A program made the translations under genes and the position numbers. From an uncultured Acidobacteriota bacterium (GTDB taxonomy: Bacteria > Acidobacteriota > Vicinamibacteria > Vicinamibacterales > 2-12-FULL-66-21), in contig CAWARA010000015.1 in the NCBI GenBank assembly GCA_963784195.1, positions 166,334 through 230,333 of the forward strand: a stretch of DNA of 64,000 nt, in the 5' to 3' direction. Every line of letters starts with the position of its first letter. Position 1 is the stretch's first letter. The notes under the pieces are model-generated. The model was not told the DNA's origin, did not search any database, and worked only from the letters and a program-made list of their open reading frames with translations. Of this stretch, positions 30,687 through 41,210 are shown in pieces.

Positions 30687-30804
30687 CTGCTTACATTCTC
30701 GCGCCGCGGATCAGTTCGGCATTTGCAGGCAGCGGCGAGCGATGCGATCATGGTCCGGCCCGTCTGAATGTCCAGCCGTCGGCCGGACGCTTCGCTGACT
30801 CCCG

Positions 30805-31455
30805 ATGCTCAACGCCGTCGACGCCCTTGCCCGCCTTCGAGCTGGAAACCACCGATTCGTGACAGATCAGACCACGACAACCGCGCTCTCGAGCGCCGCA
30901 CGCCGCAGTGCGCTGTTATCGGGACAGGCGCCCTTCGCGATCATCCTCGGCTGCTCGGATTCGCGTGTTCCTGCCGAGCTGGTGTTCGACCAGGGCTTCG
31001 GCGATTTATTCGTCATTCGAGTTGCAGGAAACGTCGTGGCTCCATCACAGGTGGGGAGCGTCGAGTTTGCGGCGTCGCGTTACGGGACACGGCTCGTGGT
31101 GGTCATGGGGCATTCGCAATGCGGCGCCGTCATCGCCACGTTGGAGGACTTGCAGGGCGGGCCGACGAATCAATCGATGAATCTGCGCTCGATTGTCGAT
31201 CGCGTCAGGCCCTCGGTCGAGACCTTGCTGTCCGGCAGGCGCGATGCCGATCCGGACACGCTCGTGCGCGACGCAGTTCGTGCGAATGTCCGTACATCGG
31301 TCGATCACCTGCGACACGGATCGGCATTGCTCGAGAAGCTGATCCACGAGACCGGTCTGCTCGTGGTTGGCGCCGAGTATTCGCTGGAGACTGGTGTCGT
31401 CGAGTTCTTCGAGAATGTTCCGCATGGGGACGTAGTGAGGCTCGGCAGTTCTTGA
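30805..31455 (+). CDS. Beta-class carbonic anhydrase
   Basis: GCSDSRV, FVIRVAGN, GHSQCGA zinc ligands. Confidence 0.95.
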   Translation: MLNAVDALARLRAGNHRFVTDQTTTTALSSAARRSALLSGQAPFAIILGCSDSRVPAELVFDQGFGDLFVIRVAGNVVAPSQVGSVEFAASRYGTRLVVVMGHSQCGAVIATLEDLQGGPTNQSMNLRSIVDRVRPSVETLLSGRRDADPDTLVRDAVRANVRTSVDHLRHGSALLEKLIHETGLLVVGAEYSLETGVVEFFENVPHGDVVRLGSS

Positions 31456-31510
31456 TCCAGCGAGTCGCGATGAGTTGTCGAGAATGCCCTCGGGCGATGA
31501 TTTCGCGAAG

Positions 31511-32041
31511 ATGTTGACCATCCCCTACCGTCGGTTCACGATCGCGTCCGATCGAACAACGGCCGACGTGGCTCAGCGAATGGCGGAGCAAACCGCGCCG
31601 CGGCACGGGTCGGGCGGTACGCCGTCTCACACGGCCCGGTATATCGGCACGATTCGCCCGGACCGCTTTCGTCTGGTGCCACTGATCCGCGGGATGAATA
31701 CGTACGCGCCGCGGATTCTCGGACGCATCCGGTCCACATACACGGGCTGCGTGATCGAGGGCCGCATGACGCTGCACCCTGTGATCGTGCTTGTGCTGCT
31801 CGGGTTTCTCGTCGTTCCGCAGTACCGGGCTCTGGGCGAAACTGGCACGGTCGATTTCGTCTGGCTGGGAATCGTGTTCGTGTTTCACGTGGTGATGTAC
31901 TACGCTGGCTTTCTGCCAGAAGCGCGTCGCGTCGAGTCGTGGATCCGCGAGATCGCAGGTCGTCCAGTCCGCAGCCAATGCGGGGCACCTACCGAGAACC
32001 GGAAGCGCGCGCAGATCTTCCTGACTGACTTTCAGGTGTAG
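31511..32041 (+). CDS. Hypothetical membrane protein
   Basis: Two hydrophobic segments; start codon uncertain. Confidence 0.55.
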   Translation: MLTIPYRRFTIASDRTTADVAQRMAEQTAPRHGSGGTPSHTARYIGTIRPDRFRLVPLIRGMNTYAPRILGRIRSTYTGCVIEGRMTLHPVIVLVLLGFLVVPQYRALGETGTVDFVWLGIVFVFHVVMYYAGFLPEARRVESWIREIAGRPVRSQCGAPTENRKRAQIFLTDFQV

Positions 32042-32125
32042 CGAAAGCAGACCATCCCAGCCGCCGAAATCAGGCAGAATAAGCATGGCCGTCCCTGGAC
32101 GGACGGCGGTATCGTGGAGCACGCA

Positions 32126-32611
32126 ATGAAACTCGCAACGATCTTCTGGTTGATGATCCTGCCGGGAGCCATCGGCTGGCAGGTATCTGACGGTGGTGAG
32201 GCCCAGGTCGCGTACCCCGAGGGATATCGCACATGGGTCCACGTCAAGAGCGAGCTGCTCAGTCCCGCGCATCAGAACTTCGCCGCCAACGGCGGGTTCC
32301 ATCATATCTACGCCAATCCCGAAGCGATGACGGGCTACCGGAGCCGGTCGTTTCCCGAGGGCTCGGTCGTCGTATTCGACTGGCTGGAGACGAAGGACAA
32401 CAACGGCCTGTTCGAGGAAGGCGCCCGTCGTCGGGTGGACGTGATGGTGAAAGACTCGAAGCGGTTCGCCAAAACCGGCGGCTGGGGATTCCAGCGGTTC
32501 GTCAAGGACAGCAAGACCGAGCGAGCCGCCGCGCCGTCACCGGAGCAGTGCTTCGCGTGTCACGAGAAGCTGAAGAAGGACGGCCTGATTCTGAGCAGCT
32601 ACCGGCAGTAA
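32126..32611 (+). CDS. Cytochrome P460/c'-beta family protein
   Basis: Signal; PEGYRTW, YANPEA, FPEGSVVV, VMVKD, GGWGF, C-terminal CFACH. Confidence 0.85.
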   Translation: MKLATIFWLMILPGAIGWQVSDGGEAQVAYPEGYRTWVHVKSELLSPAHQNFAANGGFHHIYANPEAMTGYRSRSFPEGSVVVFDWLETKDNNGLFEEGARRRVDVMVKDSKRFAKTGGWGFQRFVKDSKTERAAAPSPEQCFACHEKLKKDGLILSSYRQ

Positions 32612-32634
32612 ACGCTTCTATTTGGAGGATGACG

Positions 32635-33051
32635 ATGCCCTCGATTCGAGAGAACGCCGAACAATTCTTCGACGCGTGCGAAACCGGCAAGGGATGGTCC
32701 GTCTGCCAGCGCTACTGCCACCCTGCCGCGACCTTTGCCGCGCAGGCGGGCGCGTTGACGGATGTCAAGACCCTGGAAGGCTACACCGAGTGGATGAAGG
32801 GTCTTTTCACCCCGATACCTGACGGGCGTTACGAGCTCCGCTCGTTTGCCGTCGACGACCGGCGAAACAATGTCTCGGCGTATGCCGTGTTTCGCGGCAC
32901 ACACACGGGTGACGGCGGTCCCATCCCTCCGACGGGAAAGCGTGTCGAGGCGGATTACGTGTACGTGATGGAGTTCGACGGCGATCGCATCCGTCACATG
33001 ACGAAGATCTGGAACGATGGCATCAGCCTGAAGCAGCTGGGGTGGATGTGA
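32635..33051 (+). CDS. SnoaL-like/ester cyclase (NTF2 fold)
   Basis: GGAGGA SD; FRGTHTG…PPTGKRV…YVMEFDGDRI. Confidence 0.85.
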   Translation: MPSIRENAEQFFDACETGKGWSVCQRYCHPAATFAAQAGALTDVKTLEGYTEWMKGLFTPIPDGRYELRSFAVDDRRNNVSAYAVFRGTHTGDGGPIPPTGKRVEADYVYVMEFDGDRIRHMTKIWNDGISLKQLGWM

Positions 33052-34285
33052 GCGTCGGCATCGGCGTGTCGCGTTGCATCGGCTGACGCTTCCAGTAGGT
33101 GAGCGATCGCCAGAGCCACTCGGCCGGGCCGAACCGGTATCGCGCCAGCCACACAGGGCTCATGACGAGCTGGAACGCCCAGATTGCGGCGACGACAAGG
33201 AGCTGCTCGGCGTAGTCGAATTGTCCCGCAAGACCAAAGCCCCAGCCCAGAAACAGAATCGACGTGATGATGCTCTGGAAAAGGTAGTTCGAGAAGGCCA
33301 TCTGGCCGACGGCTGCCAGGCTCCTGCGAAGCGCACCGAGCACACCACTCTTGACGATGATGATCAAGGTGGCGGCGTAGCCCACGGACGCGAGAACCGC
33401 ACCTGCGTAGTTCCACAGGTCGGCGATGGTGCGTTGCGGCATCGCAAAACGAACGCGTTCGAGCTCGATCGTTCCGTACCACGCGAGCGCGAGGCCCACG
33501 GGAATGCATGTCGCCGCCACGAGCGCGTAGTGCGCGATCGAGCGGCTGCCGTCGAGAAAACCTGTCTTGTAGAGAGACATCCCGAGCAGCATCATTCCGC
33601 CACAGCGCCAGAAAAAGAACACGAGGAAGAAAAACGTCTGGGCCCCGAAGACGAACGCAGCCCGATGTGCGACGACTTCCGGATAGCTTCGAAGCAGGTT
33701 CGCGAGCTGCTCGCGTGACTGCTCGGGCGTGGGCATCATCATTTCCGCCATCTCGGCTCGTTCGGCCTCGCCCATCGAATCCCAGGCGATGCCGTGACCG
33801 ACTGACAATCCTGCACCAACGGCAAGAAAGAGGACCGCCCCTGCCATCAGCGCCCAGGCCGGCAATCGGCGCACCCACCAGAGAAGAATGATTCCGCACA
33901 GCGCGTACGGCACGAGGATGTCGCCGTCCCAGATCAGATAGGCGTGCACCAGGCCGAACGCCAGGAGCCAGAACATCCGTCTGAACCAGAGTCCGCGTGG
34001 CGGTTTCCCCGACTCGGTCGGCTTGGCTGCGTACAGCAACACACCCGCACCGAAGAGCATCGAGAAGAGGCCCATCATCTTCAGGTCGAAGACGACGCTC
34101 GTGAATATGTAGGCAGCACGGCTCGGGCCCGTGTATTCGAACAGCGTCGTCGGGTTCATGTAGGCGCTGAATGGCGCCGCCATGGCCCTGATGTTCATCG
34201 CAAGGATTCCGAGGAGTGCAAAGCCCCGGAGGACGTCGAGGGTTTCCAGCCGGGCGCTCGCGGAGACCGGTGCGGCCGGGTTCAT
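33023..34285 (-). CDS. DUF418 (YeiB-like) membrane protein
   Basis: LDVLRGFALLGIL, FSMLFGAG, WDGDIL, GQMAFSNYLFQS, GPAEWLWRSLTY. Confidence 0.92.
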   Translation of the reverse strand: MNPAAPVSASARLETLDVLRGFALLGILAMNIRAMAAPFSAYMNPTTLFEYTGPSRAAYIFTSVVFDLKMMGLFSMLFGAGVLLYAAKPTESGKPPRGLWFRRMFWLLAFGLVHAYLIWDGDILVPYALCGIILLWWVRRLPAWALMAGAVLFLAVGAGLSVGHGIAWDSMGEAERAEMAEMMMPTPEQSREQLANLLRSYPEVVAHRAAFVFGAQTFFFLVFFFWRCGGMMLLGMSLYKTGFLDGSRSIAHYALVAATCIPVGLALAWYGTIELERVRFAMPQRTIADLWNYAGAVLASVGYAATLIIIVKSGVLGALRRSLAAVGQMAFSNYLFQSIITSILFLGWGFGLAGQFDYAEQLLVVAAIWAFQLVMSPVWLARYRFGPAEWLWRSLTYWKRQPMQRDTPMPTLTSTPAASG

Positions 34286-34332
34286 ACGCCGGAGTCTACC
34301 CGATTGTGGCCTTTGTTAGAATCCGGTGCTTG

Positions 34333-35620
34333 ATGTCACCCGTTTTCTTGTTGCTTCTCCTTATTGCTTTCCCGCGTGAGACTTACTGGTCCCCGCAGGG
34401 CCAGCTGCCACCAGGGGCCAGCCTGGAATTGAGTGAACTGCAGGTGGTGGGCGCACGCCGGTATACGGCGGAAGACGTCAAGAAGCTCAGCGCTCTCGAA
34501 ATTGGCAAGCGAGTCGCGATTCCGGATCTCGACCAGGCGGCCGAGCGGATGGCAGCGACGGGACTGTTCAAGACCGTCAGTTACAGTTACGCCACGAACG
34601 CCGGGCGCCTTGTCGTCACGTTCGAGATCGTGGAATCCGAGTGGACCGTTCCGGTCGTCTTCGACAACTTCGTCTGGTTCACTGACGCAGAGATGGTGGC
34701 CTCTGTCAGGAACCATCTCCCGTCGTTCGACGGGACCGCTCCGGCGACCGCAGGGATTCCAGAGCGCATTACCCAGGCGCTGCAGCAGTTGCTCGCGTCG
34801 AAGCGCCTCGAGGGCCGGGTCGATTTCCTTCCGCTGGCGGCGCTCAACAAGGCTGTCGAGGGTTACCTGTTCCGCGTGGTCGATCCGGGCCCGAAGATCT
34901 GCACGCTGCGCTTCGAGGGTGCATCGGCGATTGCTCAGGAAGATCTGGTGGCTGCGCTCAAGAACACCATTGGCAGCGACTACTCGCGTACGTATCTGAT
35001 CAACGCGTCGAAGGGCACGCTCGTCGACCAGTATCGTCGCGCGGGGTATTGGCGTGCGGCGTTCGATGAGCCGGTCACCGCTCTTCAGGACCGCGAGCGA
35101 CTGTCGCGGGGTCGCAGTCATGGTCAAGGTCGACGAGGGTTCACAATACCTCTGGGGAGGTGCCATCTGGACCGGCAATGCGGCGATCGCCTCACCCGAA
35201 CTCGACGCCCTGCTCGGCATGAAGGGTGGCGAGGTGGCTGCCATGTCGAAGCTCGACGAAGCCCTCCGGCGTATCGGGAGGGCGTACGCGAAGCAGGGGT
35301 ATCTGATTCAGCGAGCCACTTATACGTCACGACTCGATGACTCGAACCGGCAGGCATCCTTCGAGATTCGCGTGGCAGAGGGGCCACAGTTTCGACTCGG
35401 GACCGTGGATTTCGTCAACCTCGCGCCGAACGACGCGGCGGCGCTGCGCAAGCTGTGGCGGTTGCAACAGGGCGACGTCTACGACAATACGTATCCGGAC
35501 CAGTTCGTGAAAGATGAGATCGTTCCGCGACTGAAAGGTGGCGGGGGAGTGCCACGCACGGAAACAGATCTGGACGTCAAGAAGGGCATCGTGAACGTCC
35601 GCGTGGTGTTTGGTGGATAG
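34333..35620 (+). CDS. Exported POTRA-repeat protein without beta-barrel (+1 frameshift near 35088)
   Basis: POTRA-like units (ATGLFKTV; FEG…YRRAGY…VDEG; WTGN…YAKQGY…VAEGPQF). Confidence 0.75.
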
Positions 35621-35670
35621 GTGGCCGGGCTCGGGATTCGGAGCTCGCGATACGATGGACTTCGCCAATC

Positions 35671-36228
35671 ATGAAAGCGCCGCTGCACATTGAAACACCG
35701 CGTCTCGCCCTGTCGCCGCCGACCGCTAGCGATGCCGAGTCGATCTTCGAGTGTTACGCCGGCGATCCTGACGTCACACGGTTCCTCGGCTGGCCGCGGC
35801 ATCGCTCGGTCGCAGAGACACGCGAGTTCCTCGACTTCAGCGCGCTGGAGTGGGACCGCTCGCCAGCAGGCCCGTATCTGATCCGGTTGCGTGCCGATGG
35901 CCGGCTGATCGGCGGCACCGGCTTGTCCTTCAAGAACGAGCACGAGGCGGTCACTGGTTACGTGCTGGCGAAGGACGCATGGGGTCAGGGCTACGCGACC
36001 GAAGCGCTCCGGGCAATGGTGGATCTCGCGCGGCAGATTGGCGTCGTGCGGATCGAGGCGCTGTGCCATTCGCAGCACCGGGCGTCAGCGCATGTCCTGG
36101 AGAAGTGCGGCTTCCGCCGCGAGAGCACGTTTCAGCAGGCGGAGTTCCCAAACCTGGCGCCAGGCGTGATGCAGGATGCGGCGTGCTACGTGCTTGCGGT
36201 CAGACCGGGTCAGACCCCTGGTGAGTGA
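35671..36228 (+). CDS. GNAT acetyltransferase, RimJ/RimL-like
   Basis: IETPRL, GYVLAKDAWGQGYATEA, VLEKCGF. Confidence 0.9.
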   Translation: MKAPLHIETPRLALSPPTASDAESIFECYAGDPDVTRFLGWPRHRSVAETREFLDFSALEWDRSPAGPYLIRLRADGRLIGGTGLSFKNEHEAVTGYVLAKDAWGQGYATEALRAMVDLARQIGVVRIEALCHSQHRASAHVLEKCGFRRESTFQQAEFPNLAPGVMQDAACYVLAVRPGQTPGE

Positions 36229-36586
36229 ACGTACTCACGTCGTCTGACCAGATTGAGGTGGCCGGGATCAGCATCAACGACTACCACTAACAAGAAATCG
36301 GTGTCCAAGATCTCGTGCTCCAGTGCGCGCGATGCCCGGACGGGCGGGCTTTCGCGAGGGTGATGCTCCTGTGGCGCATCACGGCGGGCTCGAGGACTTT
36401 TGCGACCAGTTCAGCTGGCCGAACGGGAAGTCGAAAGCCTGGTGCATCGCTGTCGCGCCATCTGAACACGATGTCGACGTTATTCAGGTGACCTGATCAT
36501 GGAGAAGCTTCTGGTATCACTCGTTCCTGGCTATGCGGAGACCACATTCGAAGCAGATCGCCTGACGACCGACTGACGCAGTACGT

Positions 36587-37156
36587 ATGACGACCGCCCC
36601 TGTCCGTTTCTTCGAGATGAACTACAAGCCTGTCTGGATCATCGTCATGACCGCGACGGCATTCGCGGTTGGATTTGCAATCGTCGCCATCGTTGCTGTA
36701 TCGCGAACGTTACCAGCCGCCATTGCAATGGGCCTGGCCACGACTGCTCCAGCCCAGGACTCAGGTTGGTTGATCATCGTTCACAGCCCGCCGACGGGCG
36801 TACTTCGTGGTGTTCAGCTCAGCCTGCTGGGCCTGCTGCTGGGCGGCGTTCCCGCAGCGATCCTAGCAACAGTCTTGGCGGCCTGGCCCGGCCCGTTCGG
36901 ACCCCGATGGTCAGCAGGTTGGTGGAACGTATTTCTCGGTGGGTTCGTGTTTCAACTAAGCAATCTCGTGCTGTCGGTCTTCCTGCTCCGGGTTCTGTAC
37001 TTGACTGCCCCGGTTCCCATGACCAGCGTGGATTTCCTGCTGATCGCCGGACCGCTCATTCTGAACGTCGTGTGCAGTATGTGGGGCCTCCGCATGTGGA
37101 GACGGTTGCAAGCCGCGACGTACGATCGCGCCGACGGTCATCATCGGTACTGCTGA
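36587..37156 (+). CDS. Hypothetical membrane protein
   Basis: Four hydrophobic segments; no family motif. Confidence 0.6.
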   Translation: MTTAPVRFFEMNYKPVWIIVMTATAFAVGFAIVAIVAVSRTLPAAIAMGLATTAPAQDSGWLIIVHSPPTGVLRGVQLSLLGLLLGGVPAAILATVLAAWPGPFGPRWSAGWWNVFLGGFVFQLSNLVLSVFLLRVLYLTAPVPMTSVDFLLIAGPLILNVVCSMWGLRMWRRLQAATYDRADGHHRYC

Positions 37157-37238
37157 TCTCAAATGAGGCTGGTCAGGTGCGGCAATCGCTCGATGACTTG
37201 AACACGTGCGGCCGCGAGGGGGCTGAGACAGGATTGAA

Positions 37239-38693
37239 TCAGCGTCCGGCCGCGGAGCCCGTGCCTTTCCAGCCGACAGCCTCCATCACCAGCCCGAGCG
37301 CCGTATTCGTTGCGCGCCGCGCGGGACCCTGACCTCGCATGTGTCCCATGCGCACGATCACCAGATCGTGCGTCGGCACGATCCACGTGTTCTGTCCGCC
37401 CGCGCCGGCCGCCAGATAGGTCTCCGGTGGCAGGTTCCAGTTGTTGATGCGGTTCAACCAGAAGAACCCTCCATACTCCGGACGCTTCCATGCCGGCGCT
37501 GGCGTGCTGACGAAGGTGGACCAGCCTTCCGGCAGAATGCGTTGGCCCTGCCACATGCCGTCCTGCAGATAAAGCATGCCGATCCGCGCCCAGTTCCTCG
37601 CCGTTCCGTAGTCGTATCCCGATATCAGGAAGTTGCCGTAAGGATCGGTCTCGAGGACCTGTTTCCGGATGCCGATGCGATCGAAGAGCGCGCGCTGCGG
37701 CCACGTGAGGATGTTGTCGCCGCGTTTGGTGACGGCGAGTTTGGTGAGGTACGCGATCGTCAGCGGGTCGCTGTTGCGGTAGCGGCCGTCCGTGTTGGCC
37801 GGGTACTCCACCGGACGCGTGATCGAATAGTCGAACGCGTCGATGCCACCCGTGTAGATGTAATAGTGATCGGGATACGTGTCGTTGGAGCCCGGCTCCT
37901 GGTTGCCGAGGAACTTGAGGCCAGCGCTCATGCGCAGCAGATCGATATGCCGAATCGTGCCTCGCGGATCGCCGGGCCGTCGCCACAGTGGCACCTGCGC
38001 CGGTTGTTCGAGGGTGTAGGTTCCATCCTTGACCAGCAACGCGAACATCGTGGCCGCCAGGCTTTTTCCCATCGACCAGCTCTCGAGCTGCGTGTCGCGG
38101 GTGATACCGGGTGCGTAACGCTCGGCGACGATCCGGCCCTTGTGGACGACGAGGAAGGCAGCTGTCAATGCCGCCGGATCGGCGAATGCGGCATCGGTGG
38201 CCGCATCCAGCTTGGCGCGATCGACGCCGGCAGGAAACGGCGACGTATCCTCGCGATCGCCCATCGGCCACGCCTGAGTACTGGCGTCAGGCAGTTGCGA
38301 CTTCACCGCGACCGGCTTGAAGTGGATGCCAGGCTTCTCGGGATTCTGGATGATGCAGCCCTGATCCCCGTAATATCGCGCTTCGCGCGTGACGTTGCCG
38401 AACGACGTGCGCGCCAGTTTCGCGTCGCGATCGATCGTCCATTTAACCTGTTCCTGTTCCGCGCGCGGCATGAAGAAGTAGGCGCTGCCGCGAGCGACGT
38501 CCTCGGGCGTCCTGCCGGATACAAAGACACCCGAACACAGAATCTTCGCGAAGCCTGCGAGGCCGTTCTCGGTGTGTGTGCCTCTGGGGCCCGGAATGGG
38601 CTGGGCTTCCTGAGCGCGAAGCTGGGGGAAGCCAACGGCGATGGCGCTGGCCGCGAGAAGCAGGGCGAGTAAGAAGCGAGGTCGGGCATGCAT
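37239..38693 (-). CDS. Exported serine hydrolase, class C beta-lactamase-like family
   Basis: Signal; SMGK (SxxK), YRN, LLRMSAG, AAGAGGQ. Confidence 0.9.
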   Translation of the reverse strand: MHARPRFLLALLLAASAIAVGFPQLRAQEAQPIPGPRGTHTENGLAGFAKILCSGVFVSGRTPEDVARGSAYFFMPRAEQEQVKWTIDRDAKLARTSFGNVTREARYYGDQGCIIQNPEKPGIHFKPVAVKSQLPDASTQAWPMGDREDTSPFPAGVDRAKLDAATDAAFADPAALTAAFLVVHKGRIVAERYAPGITRDTQLESWSMGKSLAATMFALLVKDGTYTLEQPAQVPLWRRPGDPRGTIRHIDLLRMSAGLKFLGNQEPGSNDTYPDHYYIYTGGIDAFDYSITRPVEYPANTDGRYRNSDPLTIAYLTKLAVTKRGDNILTWPQRALFDRIGIRKQVLETDPYGNFLISGYDYGTARNWARIGMLYLQDGMWQGQRILPEGWSTFVSTPAPAWKRPEYGGFFWLNRINNWNLPPETYLAAGAGGQNTWIVPTHDLVIVRMGHMRGQGPARRATNTALGLVMEAVGWKGTGSAAGR

Positions 38694-38801
38694 ATCGCGT
38701 GTCTCCAATCCGCGGCAATTGTTGCACGCCTGGCAATATGGCAGGAATAGGTGCGATTATCAGGGCCATCTCGGACCAACGTAGCAAAGGGAGGGGTCTA
38801 A

Positions 38802-39881
38802 GTGCCGACTCGAAGAGACGTCGTTGGGATGCTGATGGCCACCGCGGCAGGTACATTCGTGAGAGGGCCAGGCAACGCCGTCGGTGGCGTCGTTCAGCCT
38901 CAGCACGACCGGCGCCGGGTGGTGATCGGTGGCCGTGCGATCAGAGTGATCGACATGCACGCGCATTGCGTGATCCCGGTGACGGACATCGTCCAGGGCA
39001 CGCCGCTGGCCAGCAGCGGGGGCGGACGAGGCGGCAGCATCCTCGGTCCCGAACGGCTGCAGCTCATGGACCAGCAGGGTGTGGACGTCCAGGCCCTCAG
39101 CATCAACGGCTACTGGTGGTACGCGGCCGATCTGGAGCTGGCGCGCCGGATTGTTCGCGCGCAGAACGAGGGGCTCGCCAAGTGGGTCGCGAAACATCCC
39201 GATCGGTTCGTGGCTCTGGCGTCCGTCGCGCTGCAGCATCCGGAGCTGGCGGCCGAACAGCTGGAAGATGGCGTCAAGCGGCTCGGTCTGCGTGGAGTGT
39301 CCATCGGAGGGCACGTGAACGGCGAGGATCTCTCGTTGCCGAAGTACGACCCGTTCTGGTCGAAGGCGGCCGAGCTCGGCGCGCTCGTGTTCATGCATCC
39401 TGGTGGCGCGACGAATCTGATCAAGGAGGGCGCGTTGCGGGGTCGGGGCGACCTTGGCAACATCATCGGCAATCCGCTCGAGACGACGTACTTCCTGACA
39501 CGGCTGATCGTCGACGGGATTCTGGACAAGTTCCCCGCTCTCCGCGTCTGCGGCGCGCACGCGGGCGGATACCTGCCGTCGTACCTCGGCCGGACTGAAG
39601 CGGCGTGTGTGGTTCGCAGCGACGCGAACTGCGCCAACAAGAAGAAACCGAGCGAGTACCTCAGGTCACAGATTTTCATCGACACGATGGTCTTCTCACA
39701 GGCAGGACTTCGCCACCTGGTGGCGGAGCTGGGCATCGGGCAGATCGTCTACGGCACGGACGTTCCGTTCAACTGGCCCGTGACCGTGGACCTGGTGCTC
39801 GAGGCACCGTTCCTCGATGACGCCGGCAAGGAAGCGATCCTGAGCGGGAATCTCAAGAGGTTGCTCCGAATCGATCTGTAG
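38802..39881 (+). CDS. Amidohydrolase 2 family (ACMSD-like), Tat-like signal
   Basis: TRRDVVG; IDMHAH, FMHP, AHAGGYLP, YGTDVPF. Confidence 0.88.
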   Translation: MPTRRDVVGMLMATAAGTFVRGPGNAVGGVVQPQHDRRRVVIGGRAIRVIDMHAHCVIPVTDIVQGTPLASSGGGRGGSILGPERLQLMDQQGVDVQALSINGYWWYAADLELARRIVRAQNEGLAKWVAKHPDRFVALASVALQHPELAAEQLEDGVKRLGLRGVSIGGHVNGEDLSLPKYDPFWSKAAELGALVFMHPGGATNLIKEGALRGRGDLGNIIGNPLETTYFLTRLIVDGILDKFPALRVCGAHAGGYLPSYLGRTEAACVVRSDANCANKKKPSEYLRSQIFIDTMVFSQAGLRHLVAELGIGQIVYGTDVPFNWPVTVDLVLEAPFLDDAGKEAILSGNLKRLLRIDL

Positions 39882-39900
39882 CGCGTTCCCGCAGCCACGA

Positions 39901-40695
39901 ATGATGATGACGCTCCTTCTGTACTTCTCGCTCACCTTCATCATCAGCTGGGTCTTCTTCGTCGGCGCGGCAATGCTCTCCGGCCCCCTTGCCTTCCCAG
40001 TTCGCTTGATCGGTGTCTTTGCGCCGGCACTTGTCGCGTTGGCTCTGATCGCACGCGCTGAGGGCTCGGCCGGCGTCGCGAGGTTGCTCAATCGAATCGT
40101 CGTGTGGCCAGAGGCGGCGCGTTGGTATGCCTTCGCGCTGGGATTCATGATCGCGATCAAACTGACCGCGGCTGTCCTGCATCGCGTCATGACTGGCGCC
40201 TGGCCTACATTCGGAAATGACGCGCTGGTTCTCATGCTGGCCGTCACGATTGTGTCAACGCCGGTGCAGGCAGGAGAGGAGATTGGGTGGCGCGGCTACG
40301 CGCTGCCTCGCCTGGCTGCTCGTTTCGGTCTTGCTCCCGCCAGCATCGTTCTGGGCGTGATCTGGGCGGTGTGGCACCTGCCGTTCTTCGTCATGCCGGG
40401 AGGCGACACGTATCGGCAGTCCTTTCCTGCGTACCTGACGAGTGTCACGGCACTGTCCGTCGCGCTGTCCTTTCTTTACTGGCGAACGAACGGAAGCTTG
40501 CTGATGACGATGCTGATGCATGCAGCCATCAACAATACGAAGGACATCGTGCCATCGCAGTCGGCCGGTGGCATGACACCGTTCACCCTGACCGCGTCCC
40601 TGATGACGTGGCTCACGGCAGCGATCCTCTGGATCTGCGCGATATACTTTCTCGTTCGAATGCGCGCAGCAACGCTGCCGGCTGAAAATGCCTGA
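39901..40695 (+). CDS. CPBP (CAAX/Abi) intramembrane metalloprotease
   Basis: EEIGWRGY, WAVWHLP, HAAIN. Confidence 0.92.
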   Translation: MMMTLLLYFSLTFIISWVFFVGAAMLSGPLAFPVRLIGVFAPALVALALIARAEGSAGVARLLNRIVVWPEAARWYAFALGFMIAIKLTAAVLHRVMTGAWPTFGNDALVLMLAVTIVSTPVQAGEEIGWRGYALPRLAARFGLAPASIVLGVIWAVWHLPFFVMPGGDTYRQSFPAYLTSVTALSVALSFLYWRTNGSLLMTMLMHAAINNTKDIVPSQSAGGMTPFTLTASLMTWLTAAILWICAIYFLVRMRAATLPAENA

Positions 40696-41198
40696 CACCG
40701 TGAGCGTGTGGACGTGGCTGTGGCTGAGCCTGCGTAGCCTGCTGTGGATGCTCCTGCTCCCAGGGCTTCTTCGCTGCCTACGTTCCCTGGCGATTCTTTG
40801 GTCTCGCCAGCGTGCGCGATCTCTCCGGCGTGGTGCCCATCATTGGTCTGCTGTGTATCGGTGCCGGGACGTGTCTTCTGCTGGCGTGTATCTTTGAATT
40901 CGCGCGAAGCGGACGAGGCACGCTCTCCCCGATGGATCCTCCACGTCACCTGGTCGTGCGAGGCTTGTACAGGTACGTGAGGAATCCGATGTATCTCAGT
41001 GTCACCCTCATCGTGCTCGGGGAGGCGATACTGATGCGATCGATTCCACTCGCCGTGTACTGGGCGATCTGGTTTCTCTGCGCCAATATGTTTGTCATCG
41101 GTTACGAGGAGCCCTGGCTTCGTGAGAACTTCGGCGCCTCGTACGATCAATACGCACGACGCGTTGGACGTTGGATTCCGGCGTTTCGATCGAAGTGA
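40688..41198 (+). CDS. ICMT/PEMT-family membrane protein (+1 frameshift near 40765)
   Basis: GRGTLSPMDPPRHLVVRGLYRYVRNPMY, EEPWLRENFG; N-terminal TM in the preceding frame. Confidence 0.82.
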
Positions 41199-41210
41199 TG
41201 GAGGATCGAG

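Noticed and set aside
39901..40695. Abortive-infection defence gene
   Set aside because: Ordinary CPBP protease with no defence-system context
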